From: the human T2T-CHM13v2.0 reference genome, Homo sapiens
DNA length: 64,000 bases
Assembly (NCBI RefSeq): GCF_009914755.1
Contig: NC_060931.1
Direction: 5' to 3' (one strand)
Position 1 is the first letter of the stretch, and the number at the start of each line of letters is the position of its first letter. The notes beneath the pieces are model-generated. The model saw only the letters and a program-made list of their open reading frames with translations. It searched no databases and had not been told where the DNA came from. Positions 41,531 through 55,880 of the stretch are shown here, one piece after another. A program made the position numbers and the translations under genes.

Positions 41531-43269
41531 GTTGTCCAATTCATTTCAAAAGAATATGGATTGAACACTAACATATAAAGACGAAGAAAATCTTGATAAT
41601 CTATGATTCGTAATCCTATGGTTTTCACATGTTAAATCTAAACCTCCCAATAATTATATTTAAATTACCACATGTCTAACAAGAAATCTTCATTTTTACT
41701 CCTCAAGCAAATTTGCTGGGGCACCCTGCAGATAATTAATCGTTCTGCCTTCACCCACTCCTGTACCCTTCACCAAGAATATGTGATTTTTAGGTTCTCC
41801 TTTTTAAAACCTTGTTTTAACCCCAGTGATGTTTGCTTGCTCCATTTTTCTGAGTCACCTCCAATATGCAGGTTGGCATTGAGTGTACTTAGTTGCCCCA
41901 TCGTTGATTTTCCTGGTTGGGTCTGTTTATTATGTTGAGCACTGCGGTGGATAGGACATCTCCTGGCCACCCCTACCCCTAAACAGAGAGGGTTCCTCAT
42001 GAGATGTGGCCTGGGGTAAATTATCCAGGAACCCTGACATCTGCTGATATGGAATCTTCAGTCACCTGGCCATCAAGGCCATTGCAAGGCTTCTAGTTTC
42101 CTTCACAGAGAGAGGTAGCAACACCAAGACCTCTTACTGGGTTCTACCAACCTAAAACTAAAGCTCCTTCAGATGTTGTTGCAACTTAGAACATTGGCAA
42201 ATGTGTGGATACATTTGTGTAATAAGCTCATTACACACATAATAAAATTACATACAAACAGACCATTGTTGTGGTTTTATCTGTTTTAATCATTCACTCA
42301 ACAAATATTTGCTGAGTGCCTATTATATAAGTCCAATGACCCAGGACAGATTCAAAATACCGTGGGATGAAGAAGCCCACAGGTTTGTGATCTTGTGCAC
42401 TCCTGGCATAATTTTAAAGGTGAGAAAACATAATGCATATGAAAGTATTTTTTAAACTGAAGCATTGTATAAATGTAAGAGACATCTCTTAATCATCAGT
42501 GGGAAATCTAAATCACGAAGTGTGGCATCTGTAACATTTTTATGATTCGTTTTAAGTGGCCTTTGCAGATGGGTGACTATTTACTTTGTATACTGCAAAC
42601 ATGTCAGGTTTTTTAGGGGTTGGGGTTCCCATTTTTCCTCTCCAAATATCACCAGACTGCCCAAAACATTCTGAACTGCTCTTTCTTTCCTCGGAGTTTC
42701 TCTGGAACAGTCACTTCCCTCCCATTAGACACTTCTTCACTGCTGATGAGGATGCAGGCCCAGGTCCCCTGCGGCCTCCAAGGATCATCATTTTAGACCC
42801 TTTTTAAATGTCAGTAAAAGTTTTATGCCATTATCTCATCCCTCTTCTATATTCTCCATCCTTCCCACTTCTCTAGCCTGAGGGTGTTTAGCTGGGTCTC
42901 TCTCCGTACAGAATTTTAGTAAGGAAAGCTCCATAAGCAGAACGTTGATCAAATTACTGCACTGTGGCTCTTAATGGACAATATAGAATAATAATATTAA
43001 AAGTGAAGAGTTACCACAAAATATGTTATTCCGACGACAATGATATGATCTTCAATTTAGAAGTCAGGCCTGGGGTTAGTAAGAATTCAGTCTGTCCTTG
43101 AGTGACCTCTGCTGGTTGATCTAGGATGAAGTCTCAATTAAACCTTTGGTTGGATTAAAAAAAAAAAAAAAGAATGGTAGGGAATCCTGAGATGACCGAC
43201 AAAATCGCGCTGCGCTGGTAGGAACTCTCAAATACTCATGTTCTCTTCTGGCACTCTTGTTTGCCCCTT

Positions 43270-43450
43270 AGTGTGTGTACTAAGGCACCATGTAAATCAT
43301 GTACTCCTCATGGGGAGGGGGCAGGTATTTGTATGATCATTTTACAGAGGAGGAAAGTGACTGAGAAGTTAAAACCACTGATCTGGGGTCACACAGCTAG
43401 TATGTAGTAGAGCAGGATTCTAATTTGGAGTCATCTCATACACAGCCCAG
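43270..43450 (-). mobile_element. MIR
   Basis: cattttacagaggaggaaa...ggtcacacagctagta...agagcaggatt. Confidence 0.75.
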
Positions 43451-43849
43451 TCTGGGGCTTCCCCACCTGCCTCCAGGTGCCTCCTCTGTCATCCCAGAGA
43501 TGCTGGGATGGTAAATAAATATGCATGAATAAGTCCTTACATGAGGGCTACTTGGGGGAAAAAGATTCTATGTAAGGATGTTACTACCATCTTACTGTAT
43601 CTGTAATAAAACAATAAACTTGCTCTGATCTTCCTTTCAGTGTGACCCAGGGGCTAAGCCCTTATGTTTGCTAATTTGGTGAATGGTTGTTCTCTACTAA
43701 TTTAGGTCAGGGATTTAGCTTTCATTTCCCTGATTAATTTAAGTCGACTGTTTGGCTGGTCATCTTGGTTATAAAGTTGTGCATATTGACATGTATCTTC
43801 CTTGTGGAGATTAATAACAAGTATCTATCTAGTCACTGCTCTGGGTACA

Positions 43850-44210
43850 ACTATGTTTAGCATCTTGTACCTGCCCTTCAGGAGTTTGCAGCCAAGGAAT
43901 AATCACCCTAACTAACACTTGTCAGATGTGAATGGGTGCTAGGGAAGAAAGAAGGAGAAAAGGTAGAACTTAAGCCTCCAAGAAAGGTGAGGCTTAAATA
44001 AACAAAGAGAAGTGGAATGTGCAAAGGAGAGGATATGAGGAAAAATATACAGAGACAGGAGGCAAGTATCGTGCTTAGGGTGCTGGAAATACACCCAGTT
44101 AGTATGGATAGAAGGTTTAGGTGAAGGCATGAGCTTAGAGGGGAGATGAGGCCAGACTGTAGGGGGTGGAGAGCCAGGTGAGGAGGTTGCTTCACTAAGG
44201 GGTTGGGAAG
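43850..44210 (-). mobile_element. L2 fragment
   Basis: cctgcccttcaggagtttgcag...gagatgaggccagactgtagggg. Confidence 0.55.
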
Positions 44211-44351
44211 CCTCCTCTTCTCGTGAATTTAAAGAGAAGTGTGGAAGCTTTCTTTCCAGGACAGGAGCCAGACCTGAAAGCCTCCTGAGTCCTTGCCAAC
44301 CCTATGAATATTAATTCAGATGTTTGAAAAAGAGATTAAATACATATCAGT

Positions 44352-44490
44352 TTTAATAATCTCTCCCATTATTGATCACTGCTATGTGCCAGGCACCGTG
44401 CGAAGCACCTTACAGGCACTATTTCATTTTACCCTCCAGTTACCCTGTAAAGTAGATACTATTATTATCCTCATTTTATAGATGAGAGAT
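44352..44490 (-). mobile_element. MIR
   Basis: ctatgtgccaggcaccgtgc...gtagatactattattatcctcattttatagatgag. Confidence 0.85.
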
Positions 44491-47400
44491 TTTAATGTCA
44501 TTGGACACAAACACCCATGCACTAAGCACATATGTGTCTAAGTTGCAAGTTTAAAGTGTTAGAATTCAGCTTCCCTTCACGTTACATCCTTCTGTATAGA
44601 TGGTGATTCATTCATTCTTCAGATACCTGGTAAAACATCATCTCCAATGTAGACCAATGTGGAATGAATCTTTCCTTTCCCTGATGAGACAATACTACAG
44701 GGAATGGGTTAAGTGTTACATTGAATATCCTTAGGACAGTTAGGTAAATGGAACAAGTTTTTTATTTGCTTTTTTTTCCCCCAAAATAAATGTGTGGTTG
44801 AGAAAGAGTTCACCTTTGTAAGAAAAAGAAACTTATGTCTACCATTCTGAAATTTTCCAGATGGTGGCACTACTTCATCAGTGATTCCACACCGTTTTCT
44901 AGTATTTTTCTATGAGTTTCGAAGAAAGTTCAAGAAATCTTAAGAGGCATATATTTTCTAACCTACGATTTTTATCAGGATCCATGGTTTTTCAATACTA
45001 GATTTCATTAAACAACACAAATCAGAACAAATCAAGAAGTTACAAAAATTAAACTCCTGTTTTTCAACAATATTTAGCTCATTGTTCACAACTGCTGTGA
45101 ACAAATTATTACAAATTAAAAAGCTATCACAGCTGGGGGTGAATTTTCTTTTATATTGAATAGAATTCCATGTAGAATGAGATTATAATGCTGGAACATA
45201 AGAAACAATACCAACATCCTATAAATGAAAGCGGGAAGGATGCTAACCCTCTAAGCCTAAGCTTAAAATAAGTTCTGATTTCTAACAATTAGATGAAAAC
45301 TTTTCTTGTCACTTCTTGACAAAGTGAAAGCTTTCTCTTTAGGTATACAGCCACAAACTTCAAGAGATTTTTCTCTTTGATATTAGTCTTATCTTTTCCC
45401 GAGAAAACACTTTGAAGTGGTTATTTGAGTATTTGTTGTATGAGTGAAAGGACCTGATTTTGGTCCCTGCACGTATTTCCTGGCTAAATGGTTAACATTT
45501 TATGTTTTTGTATCCCTCCCTCTGAGGACCATCTCTCTTTTGTTTTATTAGCAATGCTAAAGCCTGCATCCCGTGACCCTGGAGAAGGGGAATTACATTA
45601 TTTATTCTCTTGGAAGTAGCATTAAAATATTATTTCCCTCCCCAAACGATGTTTTCTAAACATTCTCTCTGATTACACAAAATTTTCAGTCTGTCCAGCT
45701 AAACCATATATTTTATGAGACATTTTCAAACAAGTGTGCTCAGGAACTCAAGTGTTCAGGGAGAAAATACAGCCCTCTGTGTAGCATCTAGAAGTGAAGT
45801 TGCCTCCTAATAAGTATACAGAGTGTGTAACTACAGGCTTGGGAGGTCTGTTCGTATTCATGGGAGTTAACAGCATAAATTCCAAGGGAATTCAGAGAAC
45901 AGACAGTTAAAATAACACCAGTAAAGTCGCACTCACCGCAGCGTACTCAACACAGCCTGTTTAATGTGGTGTGATTTTTATTAGGTAATGTGATGTACGT
46001 TAAGCCAGAAAACAAAAACAACTAAATAGGCAAAACTTGGACTAACCCCTTTCAAAATGTTTAATGAGAAACAAAGCTGAGAAAAGCAATCTTCTGAATC
46101 GAGTAACAAAGAGATTTTGGGTAGGGTTTTCCCAGCCAGGCCCTAGTGGTCAGATAACGGCTATCCGTATTCCTGTTCCCAGAACTCCTCACCAGTGGCT
46201 CTGGCTGACTCTCTCTTCCTGTTCATTGTGATGGCAGCTCATGCTAGCGGGCCACTTGCTGCCTTTGCCAGAATTCCCCAGTGTCGCCCTGGGACAGAAG
46301 CAGTGTGCATTTCTTGGTGAAGGTTATCTTTATTTACCCATGTTGTGGGTTGGTGGGAGAAAACCCAATGCATTAACATGTCACGGGGCCATCAGCCCCT
46401 GTGTCTCGCTACTCTTGGGTTCTGCAGTGGATCTTGTTCAAATCAGAAGCCCTCCAACCTCAAATCAGGCAAATTTTAAGTTCCACAGCTGCCAGGCTTT
46501 CAGTGGAAATGAGGGTGGCCTTGGGGCGCTATTTTGAAATCGCTGCCTAGAGCAGGAACAGAGAAATGCCTGCCCTACTTGTTTTATCAATTAAGCTGAG
46601 AAATCCAAAGTCAGTCCAGGAGGACTGTGTGCATACTCTCCCTCTCTCTCACCTTCTCTGACTCCCCTTCATTAAATGTGACTGGGTAGCCTCAAATATT
46701 CCCTTTATTTTTCCAGTGAGTATGTGAAACTTTTCCACTGCTAATATTCTACATCAAAACCATTTATTTCAATGTCCTTTCTGGAATAATCTCTTAGAGG
46801 CCTACCTCTCAGGGAGAGCAGAAACTTAGAACATTGAGACTTGAGCAAAAAATACACATGACTAACTTTATTTATTTAATGAGATCTCATTTATTAATGA
46901 AAAAGCTTCTAATAGATATATATTTGTAGATACTTGGTTAGAAGTAAAATAGCACCTTATATTCTAGATTGTATTCCTTTTAGAAAAGTACTTTCTAGTG
47001 GACAGAAAAATATTTACTTTTCTAATATCCAGTTGATGGATGTTAGCAGTAAGTAGGAAAAAGTAATCATTAATAACCCCACTGTGAATGGTTAAGTGTG
47101 GTAGATGCTTTTATCTTAACTGTATTGAATGGAATTTACAGTTAGGTTAATATTTTGCTCTTTTAACAGGAATTATAATAACCTAGTATAATTGTTTAAT
47201 ATGACTTATCTAAAAATGCAACAATGAAATAACTACTTGTTATTGAAGGTATCTCTGGTCCCAAAGCATAAAGTTAGCGAAATCTCAATCCCTCTCTCTG
47301 TTGCCCTCCCTTCAAGTTTACATCAGATGTCTTAACTGCTGCTACGTTTTTCTCTCCCAGCTTTCACTAAATAACCAAGGGTGGTCATCAAACAATAAAT

Positions 47401-48727
47401 TCTCTTTGATATTCTTTCCAATTTCCTTCAAGATGCAGTGCAGCTTGCCCCTGAGAAATTTGAAACGTTTTTGTTTGTTGTGGCTTAAATTACCTCCTGA
47501 CTTTTCTTTCCTTGGGTCGTTGTTGTTGATAATAGTAAGAAAAAAATGAGACTCCCCTAAGAATATGCCACTTTAAAATATATTTTCACCACCTTAATTC
47601 CCTTTTGAAATAATGTTTCTGTTAGCGATTAAATAAGGAGTTTAAGAGTTGGTGTCATGGTGTCTATAAATAAACTTGAGAACATGCATTTATAAAGAGT
47701 CATATTTTTATAATCTCATCTCCACTAAACAAAACAGTATTTTCTGGCACCTGTACACTCAATGTTTCATGTAGTTCTTATTATGGAATTTCCTTTCTCA
47801 TTTGAGATTGAAGATAATTACTGAATACGATAGAAACTTTATAGCCATTAAAAATAGAACAGAAAAATGTTACCAGACGGCAAGTTGTTCACAATAAATA
47901 TGAAACAGAACTCTAGTCCAAGCTTACATTCTCTTGATTCTAAAAGGACATAGGTTCCTTTCCTCTGATTCTTTAAAACATTTTTTTAGGAGCTTAGGAA
48001 AATATCATCAAATCATTGCCTAAATGTTAATGTAGTAGAAAATCTGTCTATATGTAATTCCTGTTTATATATAAAATGGCTGAATATTAAAATTTTCTTA
48101 TGGCTTAACAATTAATGTAATTGTCATTTTGTAATCAGCTTTGGCAGTGCTATATTTAACTTTGGGCTGATTTAAGTAGAGGGAATGGCACTTGGAAATA
48201 TAATGGCAAAAACAATGTAACACCTCAAAAATTTCCCTTCATCAAGAACTTACTGACTTTTTCTTTATTGGGTGAGAAGGATGAAGTTGGAAATGAAATC
48301 AGCTCATGAGGTAGCTATGGGTGCTTTTTCCACCTAAGTCTGCTGTGGCTTTCAGAAATCCTGATCCCTTTTCCTTAGTTACCCCAAATGCTCATATCTT
48401 AAAAAAAAAAAAGAATGATAGCACATGGTAAATCTGCAGAGATACTTTTAAATTTAAATCTGAACTAGAGCAGCTTTGATCTTCTCCAAATTCATCCTTT
48501 TGTAGTTCAGAAACAAGCTCTTACTTTTAAGATTATTTTTATTTTATTTTATGAGATTATAGTATTTAATTTCAGAATTGCCAGATGAAAATAGGGCTCA
48601 ACTTCTGGCCAAGTTTCTGAATGTAAATTGTATTCCTTTTCCCCAGAGTCAATGAGTCTATGGAGTTTCAAATTCATTGAAAATATGGGCAAAGCTCTTT
48701 TTTGCCAAACACAGCATTGCTTTTTTT

Positions 48728-49055
48728 AGCTAGCAGCTTTTGAGCATTTAGTTTATGCCAAAAGTTTACTGAGCAATTTACATGCATTATGTCATGTAAT
48801 TCTCAAAAACTTTGAGTTAGAAACTAACAATATTCCCATTTTACAGACAAGGAAACTGAGACTCTGGCTAAGTAATGTGTTCAGTGGTACACAGCTAACA
48901 AGAAGCCAGAATTTGAACTCAGGTTTTGGGTAACATTTGCGCCAAATGCTATTCTAAATGATTTACATGCATTTATCTCATTTATTCAATCACAACAATT
49001 CCTCATGGTATTATTTTATTCCCATTTATCAGATAAGGAAACAGAAACATAGAAA
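48728..49055 (-). mobile_element. Two tandem MIR fragments
   Basis: cccattttacagacaaggaaactgagactc; cccatttatcagataaggaaacagaaac. Confidence 0.8.
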
Positions 49056-49240
49056 GAGGCTACATTTCCACTCTGCACTAAGGCATTATTTTTCAATGTG
49101 TATTCTGCAATAAAATAAATTTACACTTAAATATATTTAAGAATGCTGCTTATCCCAATCTTTTACTTTAGCTCATTTTTGAATAGTCACCAGTTTGCTA
49201 GTTGTTCTGAAAAGTCCTGTTATAACAATTCTGTTTAGCC

Positions 49241-49327
49241 CAGTGTTTCTCAAATTTCCGTATCGCAGAAACCCTTTCATGTATAACTGCTCTTGCTATT
49301 CTGCAGAAAACACTTTGAGAAATATTC
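49241..49327. mobile_element. Small hAT MITE (MER5/MER58-like)
   Basis: Inverted termini cagtgtttctcaaa ... ctttgagaaatatt. Confidence 0.55.
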
Positions 49328-50025
49328 ACAGGCTAGAAAATTTCAAGATGGTGGGTAACTGGCAAGGACATATTAGGTAGCTGGTATACCATATTAGGTT
49401 GGTATTTAGCACAACGTGTTGACGGCCAAGTCTAATTGGTCAAATTTATATGACCTGCTGAAGGCAGATATGAAGAGCAATGCCCTTTCCAAAGAGGGAG
49501 TCTTTGCCGTTGGATGTGGCTGGTGGCCTAAAACAGGGTCCAAGAGACAGGGACTGAACTCCCTGCTGTTGGGCAAGGGGCATACCCAACAAGCAGGGAG
49601 GCAGGGGGCGTGCTGCCTCTGTGCTCAGCAGGCATGCTCAGGGAGGAAGCAAGTCTCCTTCCGACTTTATGCTGCCTGTGGCCACAGCCTCTTCCAGAAT
49701 CATGACCCTTGTCATGTAATAGGGTGATGTAGGAACACCAGAGCCATTCAGGACAACTCTGTGGCCTCCACATTCAGGTCTCTCATTCCTAAATATGGTT
49801 GTCAAGAGACAGCAGCTCAGCTTGGAAATAGTTTGTGAAAGTCAGAACCAATCAGAGTGTGTTCTTGAGGATGCTGGGCTTGATGATGCCTGCTGATAAA
49901 GCTCGCAGATCACCTGCTGACGGTGGTGGTGCTGCCCACGAGGTGGGGAAACTGAAAGTGGTCCTGGGAGTTTTGCCAAATAAAAATAGTAAGAGCAGAT
50001 CCTTAGCAAAAAAATAGAACGATTT

Positions 50026-50056
50026 GGGGGTGAGGGGTGGAGTGGGGGGGGGGGGG
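50026..50056 (+). other. G-quadruplex-forming motif
   Basis: GGGGG-tga-GGGG-tggagt-G13. Confidence 0.65.
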
Positions 50057-50715
50057 TTATTCTTTGAATAATTACACTGGCTTTTAAGAAAATGTTAACA
50101 TTTATCTTACTGCGACATTTGCCTCATTGAAGCTGAGCTGTTTTTCTCTCTTTTCAATGAGATATTGAAGGAGCCCTGAACTCTATGATGAATGTTAACT
50201 TTTTAATGAAAACTCTTGTACACTGTGTCCCAGAGGCAGGGCCTGCATGGGCTATTGAGAGAAGCAAGCTCAACGAACCGCTGCTCAAAATTCCAGGAGG
50301 TTAATAGGCAAATCAGCCTGGAAATGAAGAAACCAGCTGTAGTTCTTCTCTTTCTGGGCTTTTCTTATGATTCAAGGCATCTGGGCACCATCTTTGTGCA
50401 TAAATATTCCATTTTTCAACTTCTGGGGGTTTTTTTTGGCAAAAGGAGCCATTTGTTTTTTATTATTATTAATGGCATCCTCTTTTTTGACAAGTTCCAG
50501 ACATCCTTGCCAGTTCAGGCCACTTAGGTGAGCTAGGAGGGGGCATCTTGGCCTGGATCCTCACCTGACACCTCTGCTCTGGCTGAAGCTGAAAGGTCAC
50601 ATCACCCCTTTGTCCCTGCTTCCTAGCGCCAGTCCCTGTAAGGAAATCTACATGGTGGGGATGAAAAAGTCAGAGAGACTTAAGAGCTGAAAAAAACCTT
50701 CAGACGATTGAACCC

Positions 50716-50886
50716 ATGGGCTCTCAAACTTAGCTGTACACCAGAATCACCAGGAAGTTTAAAAATTATGGATGCTGGGCTTTCCTCAGAGGTCCTGATG
50801 TAATTGGCTGGGGGTGCAGCTCATGCACCTGGAGTCTAAAGAGCTCCCAAGGGATTCTAACGTGCAACAGTGTTTGAGAACCATTG
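50716..50886. mobile_element. MER5A/5A1 hAT MITE
   Basis: ctctcaaacttagctgtacaccagaatcacc...gattctaacgtgca...ttgagaaccattg. Confidence 0.8.
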
Positions 50887-51246
50887 GCCTCACCCAGAAT
50901 GCATTCTGCAGCTTCGTGGGATGGTGACAGGAGGGTCTCTCCTGAGTACTCACTGACGGCTCCCTCCACCCTCCTTCACCAAACTGCTTCTGAAATAAAA
51001 CCAAGAAGGTCCGGTGGTCACTGGGACGAACTAGGCTAACAAACATTTTGTTTTGTTTTATGGGAGATTTCCCACAGCCTTGAATATAACGATGCACATT
51101 TTTCATCCCAATGTGCAGGGAGGAAAGCGCTTCCCACATTTATCGGATCCCTAATTTCACAGATGGGCTAAGAGAACTAGGGTCCGGGGACCTACAGATT
51201 CCTCTCCTTGGGAAATGCTGCTTCTCATCTAAGAAATGAACCTCAA

Positions 51247-51385
51247 GGCTTAAAACCTAGATGACAGGTTGATAGGTGCCGCAAACCACCATAGCACATG
51301 AATACTTATGTAACATGTGCATGTTCTGCACATGTATCCCAGAACTTAAAATAAAATTTAAAAAAAAGTTGACACTGAAAAAAAA
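51247..51385 (+). mobile_element. 5'-truncated L1PA (PA7/8-like) 3' stub
   Basis: ggcttaaaacctagatgacaggttgatagg...catgtatcccagaacttaaa plus A-tail; 16-bp TSD aagaaatgaacc(t/c)caa at 51231-51246 / 51386-51401. Confidence 0.9.
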
Positions 51386-53332
51386 AAGAAATGAACCCCA
51401 AATTGGTGGGTTCACATGCCTAGTGTGTTCCTAGCGTATCTCACACCCACAGCAGATCATTCATAACACCTCCATCCTCTGTGGAACAGCATTGTTTTCA
51501 GTAATAAGCATGTAATAAAGGACATCATTATCCATTTGATGATTTTTCTTTAGTTTGAAAAAACAAACATTTTAAAAGAAGGATAAATTTCAATTTAAAA
51601 ATATAATTCAAATTTAGTTAAGTATTTCATGAATGAACTAGAATTTGTACTTACCAAACAAAAAATGTACACCTCACAATTCATACTATTTCACTTTTAT
51701 AAATTTTAAATAAAAACTTCAAGTAGTCACAGAGAATGACAGAATCGAAGTAACTCAGGTTCTGTGTTTTGTCTTTATAATCCCTTGCTATCATTGTTTA
51801 TTCCAAATCTACTGTTTAGGATTCTATAGTACCATGGAACGGAAGATGTAAATTGAGCTGATAGTGAGCTCAGACGGTACTAACCCATTGCAAACTTCTC
51901 TAGAAACAATTGTATGTGTTATGTATTGAGTTCACATGGGTCTCAGCCCCACTGTGTAACCGGGAATTTTAAAAATTAACTTCCACATTAATTTAATAAA
52001 TACATTTAATAAATAAATTTAATATTTATTTAAAGATACGTAATAAAAGATGCCAACTTGAAGCACATATATATGTTTATTAATTCATCTATTTATTAAA
52101 ATCAATTGCTTAGAACTTAGATCAATTGACTCGAGAGGGAGAAGCATTTTATCACTGCTTTTCTTAGCATGGATGGTGGGTGCTGATAATAAAAAGCAGA
52201 CTGACTTTAGTTAGTTTTATTATTGTATAAAATTCTCTACAGACAGTGCGCCCCCTCACTGCCTACCCCAAGGGCAGACTACTCCCACCATTTCATCTTC
52301 GTACATCACTGGTTCAAGGTTAACCAAGGTCACAAAATCTAGCAGTGGAAGTTAAAACTAACACCCAGGTCTCTTGATTTCCAAATCAGTGCCTTTCTGT
52401 GTACAACATGCTGTGAATAATACATTCGTTTCTGAAAAGGGCTCAGAAACATTAGGCGAAACTTCCAAACCACTCTATAATGAACAATCACAGCAATACA
52501 ATTGGAAATCTAAGAGTCAGCCAAAATGTCTATTAGTCCATTTGGTCCAGTGTGTATTGAGTTTCAGATCATTTCAGCCCAGAGGTCTGGGTGACATGTG
52601 TCCCTTCAGAAAATAGAGATTGCTGTCGCTTTAATAAGGAGAAAATTGTTACTTCATTTTGTTAACAAGATGCTTGTATCATACTGAAAAATTCATTCTC
52701 TGTGTTCAGCTTGAATATTATATTCATTATGTTTCCTAATCTGTGTGATTACTACCTGTGTAATTTGATGTCTGGCATCTGCTATCGGAATTCTTTCAAC
52801 CCATTATATTTCCCATCTTTTTTTTTTTTTTTTTTTTTGTAATGGAGGATAAGATTGGGACATGGAAAATTGCTGCAGACCGCCTAAGGCAAACTGCAAC
52901 CAGCCGGCAGCTGGAGCAGCAAAGGATGCGATGTCACAGGGGCAGCTGAGAGAGGCGGCCTCCAGGTCTATGGTCTGCTGTGACAGCCCAGGGTAGGAAA
53001 TGGAGTTGGCCAGTTTTCTAACCTGGGGGATTGGCCATTCCCAGATTATCTTCAATAACTCAGGCTGGCATTATCCATTCAAATAAATTATTAGGATAAA
53101 ATAAGTGGGTGCTAAGTGGGCAGTGAGATGCTAGCAGATTGTTACTTGGGGTACCAAGTGTGAGACGTGGGTATTGGAAAAACAACAACAAACTTGCAGC
53201 AAATTATTTTTAGATAAATATTAAGTGCCCACATACAAATAACAGAACAAAAAAATGCAAACTGTCCTTTCCTTTTCTCTCCATTCTAACTACACGCAGC
53301 TCTTTAATTTAACAGGTAGTACGAGTCAGGTG

Positions 53333-54296
<964 letters not shown>

Positions 54297-54344
54297 TCAA
54301 TCCCTTCTGCCTACCCCTAAGATGCTGTTAATGTTGTGTCAGAG

Positions 54345-54590
54345 GCTACTGTGGCAATGGGACTGGAATGCAGGCACTTGAACCATCCAGACCTTGATTT
54401 CAACCATGCTTTGCCTTGTGCTATCCATGCAACCTTGAGAAAGTTTCTTAATCTCTTTCAGCCTGAGGTTTTTTTCCCCTCTGTACAATGGAGAGAATGC
54501 AGGCATCTATCTTATTAGGTTCTTACAGGGTTAAGTGAATTAATCCATGGGAATTGCTCGGTGAAATACCTGGCGTGTATATGTTGGCTG
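54345..54590 (+). mobile_element. MIR
   Basis: accttgagaaagtttcttaatctctttcagcct...ctctgtacaatggaga. Confidence 0.7.
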
Positions 54591-55369
54591 TCATTTAATG
54601 TATGATGTGACTTTAATGGCTGGGTTTTTTCTTTTAAATAACTGGTTCATCCCCTAGGGGTGGACAAATAGGTTCTCTTCTATCCTCTGTTTATTTTTGT
54701 TGTCACAATCCCCATAGTCCCTGAAATTCCTGGTATAGGTAAGAATGCCTGCGTTTCCTCTTCCTCATGTCCAGGTGTCTACTCTCCCTGCATGCCCTTC
54801 GCCATCCTCCTTTATTGTCCTGTGTACCTGCTTTCCATGCAAAACCACGATTTGCCTTTCATGAGCTCCCAGATTCGTAACAAATGCTGGGATAAACAGG
54901 GAACATTACTTTTCCTCCATATCAAAATCACAATCTCCTATTCCCCAACCCCTCTGCAAATGTGAACCCCTGTGGAGCCAAGGCTGGTTACACCACCAGG
55001 ACCAGATGTAGCCTTGTCCCTCCTTGAGACCATCAGGCACAGGTGAAGCCTGCACAGAAGAGCCTCTGCTGGGGCTGAAGATCTTGCTCCAGCCTGACCC
55101 TCACTGGGAGACCTGCCCCTTCACAGGGCAGCCAGCCCACTGCATGGGTCCATGCTCTAATCTCCCACTTCCTTCTGTCCTCAGGAAGAGGTTGGAAAGG
55201 GACATGTTCATGATCTTTGCTAAGAGCAGACCTTTCAGAGAGTTTGTGAAGGGTCAGTCATATGGCCCTTTCATTCCTCTGCAGCCCCTTCCCCCACCAT
55301 GCACACAGCAGCCTGAGGAGGAGGCCAAAGTGTACCTTCGGGAGAAGACAGAGAAAATTTCAGGTGGGG

Positions 55370-55560
55370 CTCTAGTGCTTAACTAGCTGCATGATTCGGA
55401 ACAAGCTCTTTAAACTCTCTGAGTCTCAGTTTCCTTAGCTGTAAAGCAGGGATGATAATGTCACATACTTTGTAGATCTGTTTTGATAGTTAAATTAATA
55501 ATGTATATCATGTTTCTTGGTACAATGCCCAGAAACATAGAAGGAACGTAGTAACTGTGA
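55370..55560 (+). mobile_element. MIR
   Basis: ctctctgagtctcagtttccttagctgtaaagcagggatgataat. Confidence 0.8.
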
Positions 55561-55579
55561 GCTTCCTTTCATTTTACTC

Positions 55580-55680
55580 CTATTCTATCTTCCATGCTAG
55601 AGACATATTTTTTTTCACAGGTTAGTATTTCTGAGATTGGTTTGTGTCTTACAATCAATGATGTCTTATGATAAAATACC
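55580..55680. mobile_element. MER104-like (Tc2) MITE
   Basis: tttctgagattggtttgtgtcttacaatcaatgatgtctta...aaaatac. Confidence 0.6.
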
Positions 55681-55689
55681 TTAAAAACT

Positions 55690-55880
55690 ACCATTTATTG
55701 TTGTCTACTGTCTATAAATAACTTTCCATGAATTATTTTATTTGACCCTCCCAATAACTCCAGGATGTAAGTACTATTCACTCTTCTTTACAGACGAGGA
55801 AGCTGAGGTTCACAGTGGTCACATAGCTAGTTAGAGGTGGAGATAGGACAGACTCCAAAGCCAATAATCTTGACAGCCCC
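55690..55880 (-). mobile_element. MIR
   Basis: tttacagacgaggaagctgaggttca...ggtcacatagctagttag. Confidence 0.8.

Noticed and set aside
44857-44872. CTCF-like CCAGATGGTGGCACTA
   Set aside because: Mismatches at the central conserved positions
52803-53060. Processed pseudogene on the - strand ending in poly(A)
   Set aside because: No poly(A) signal near the tract, no convincing TSD and no recognisable parent gene
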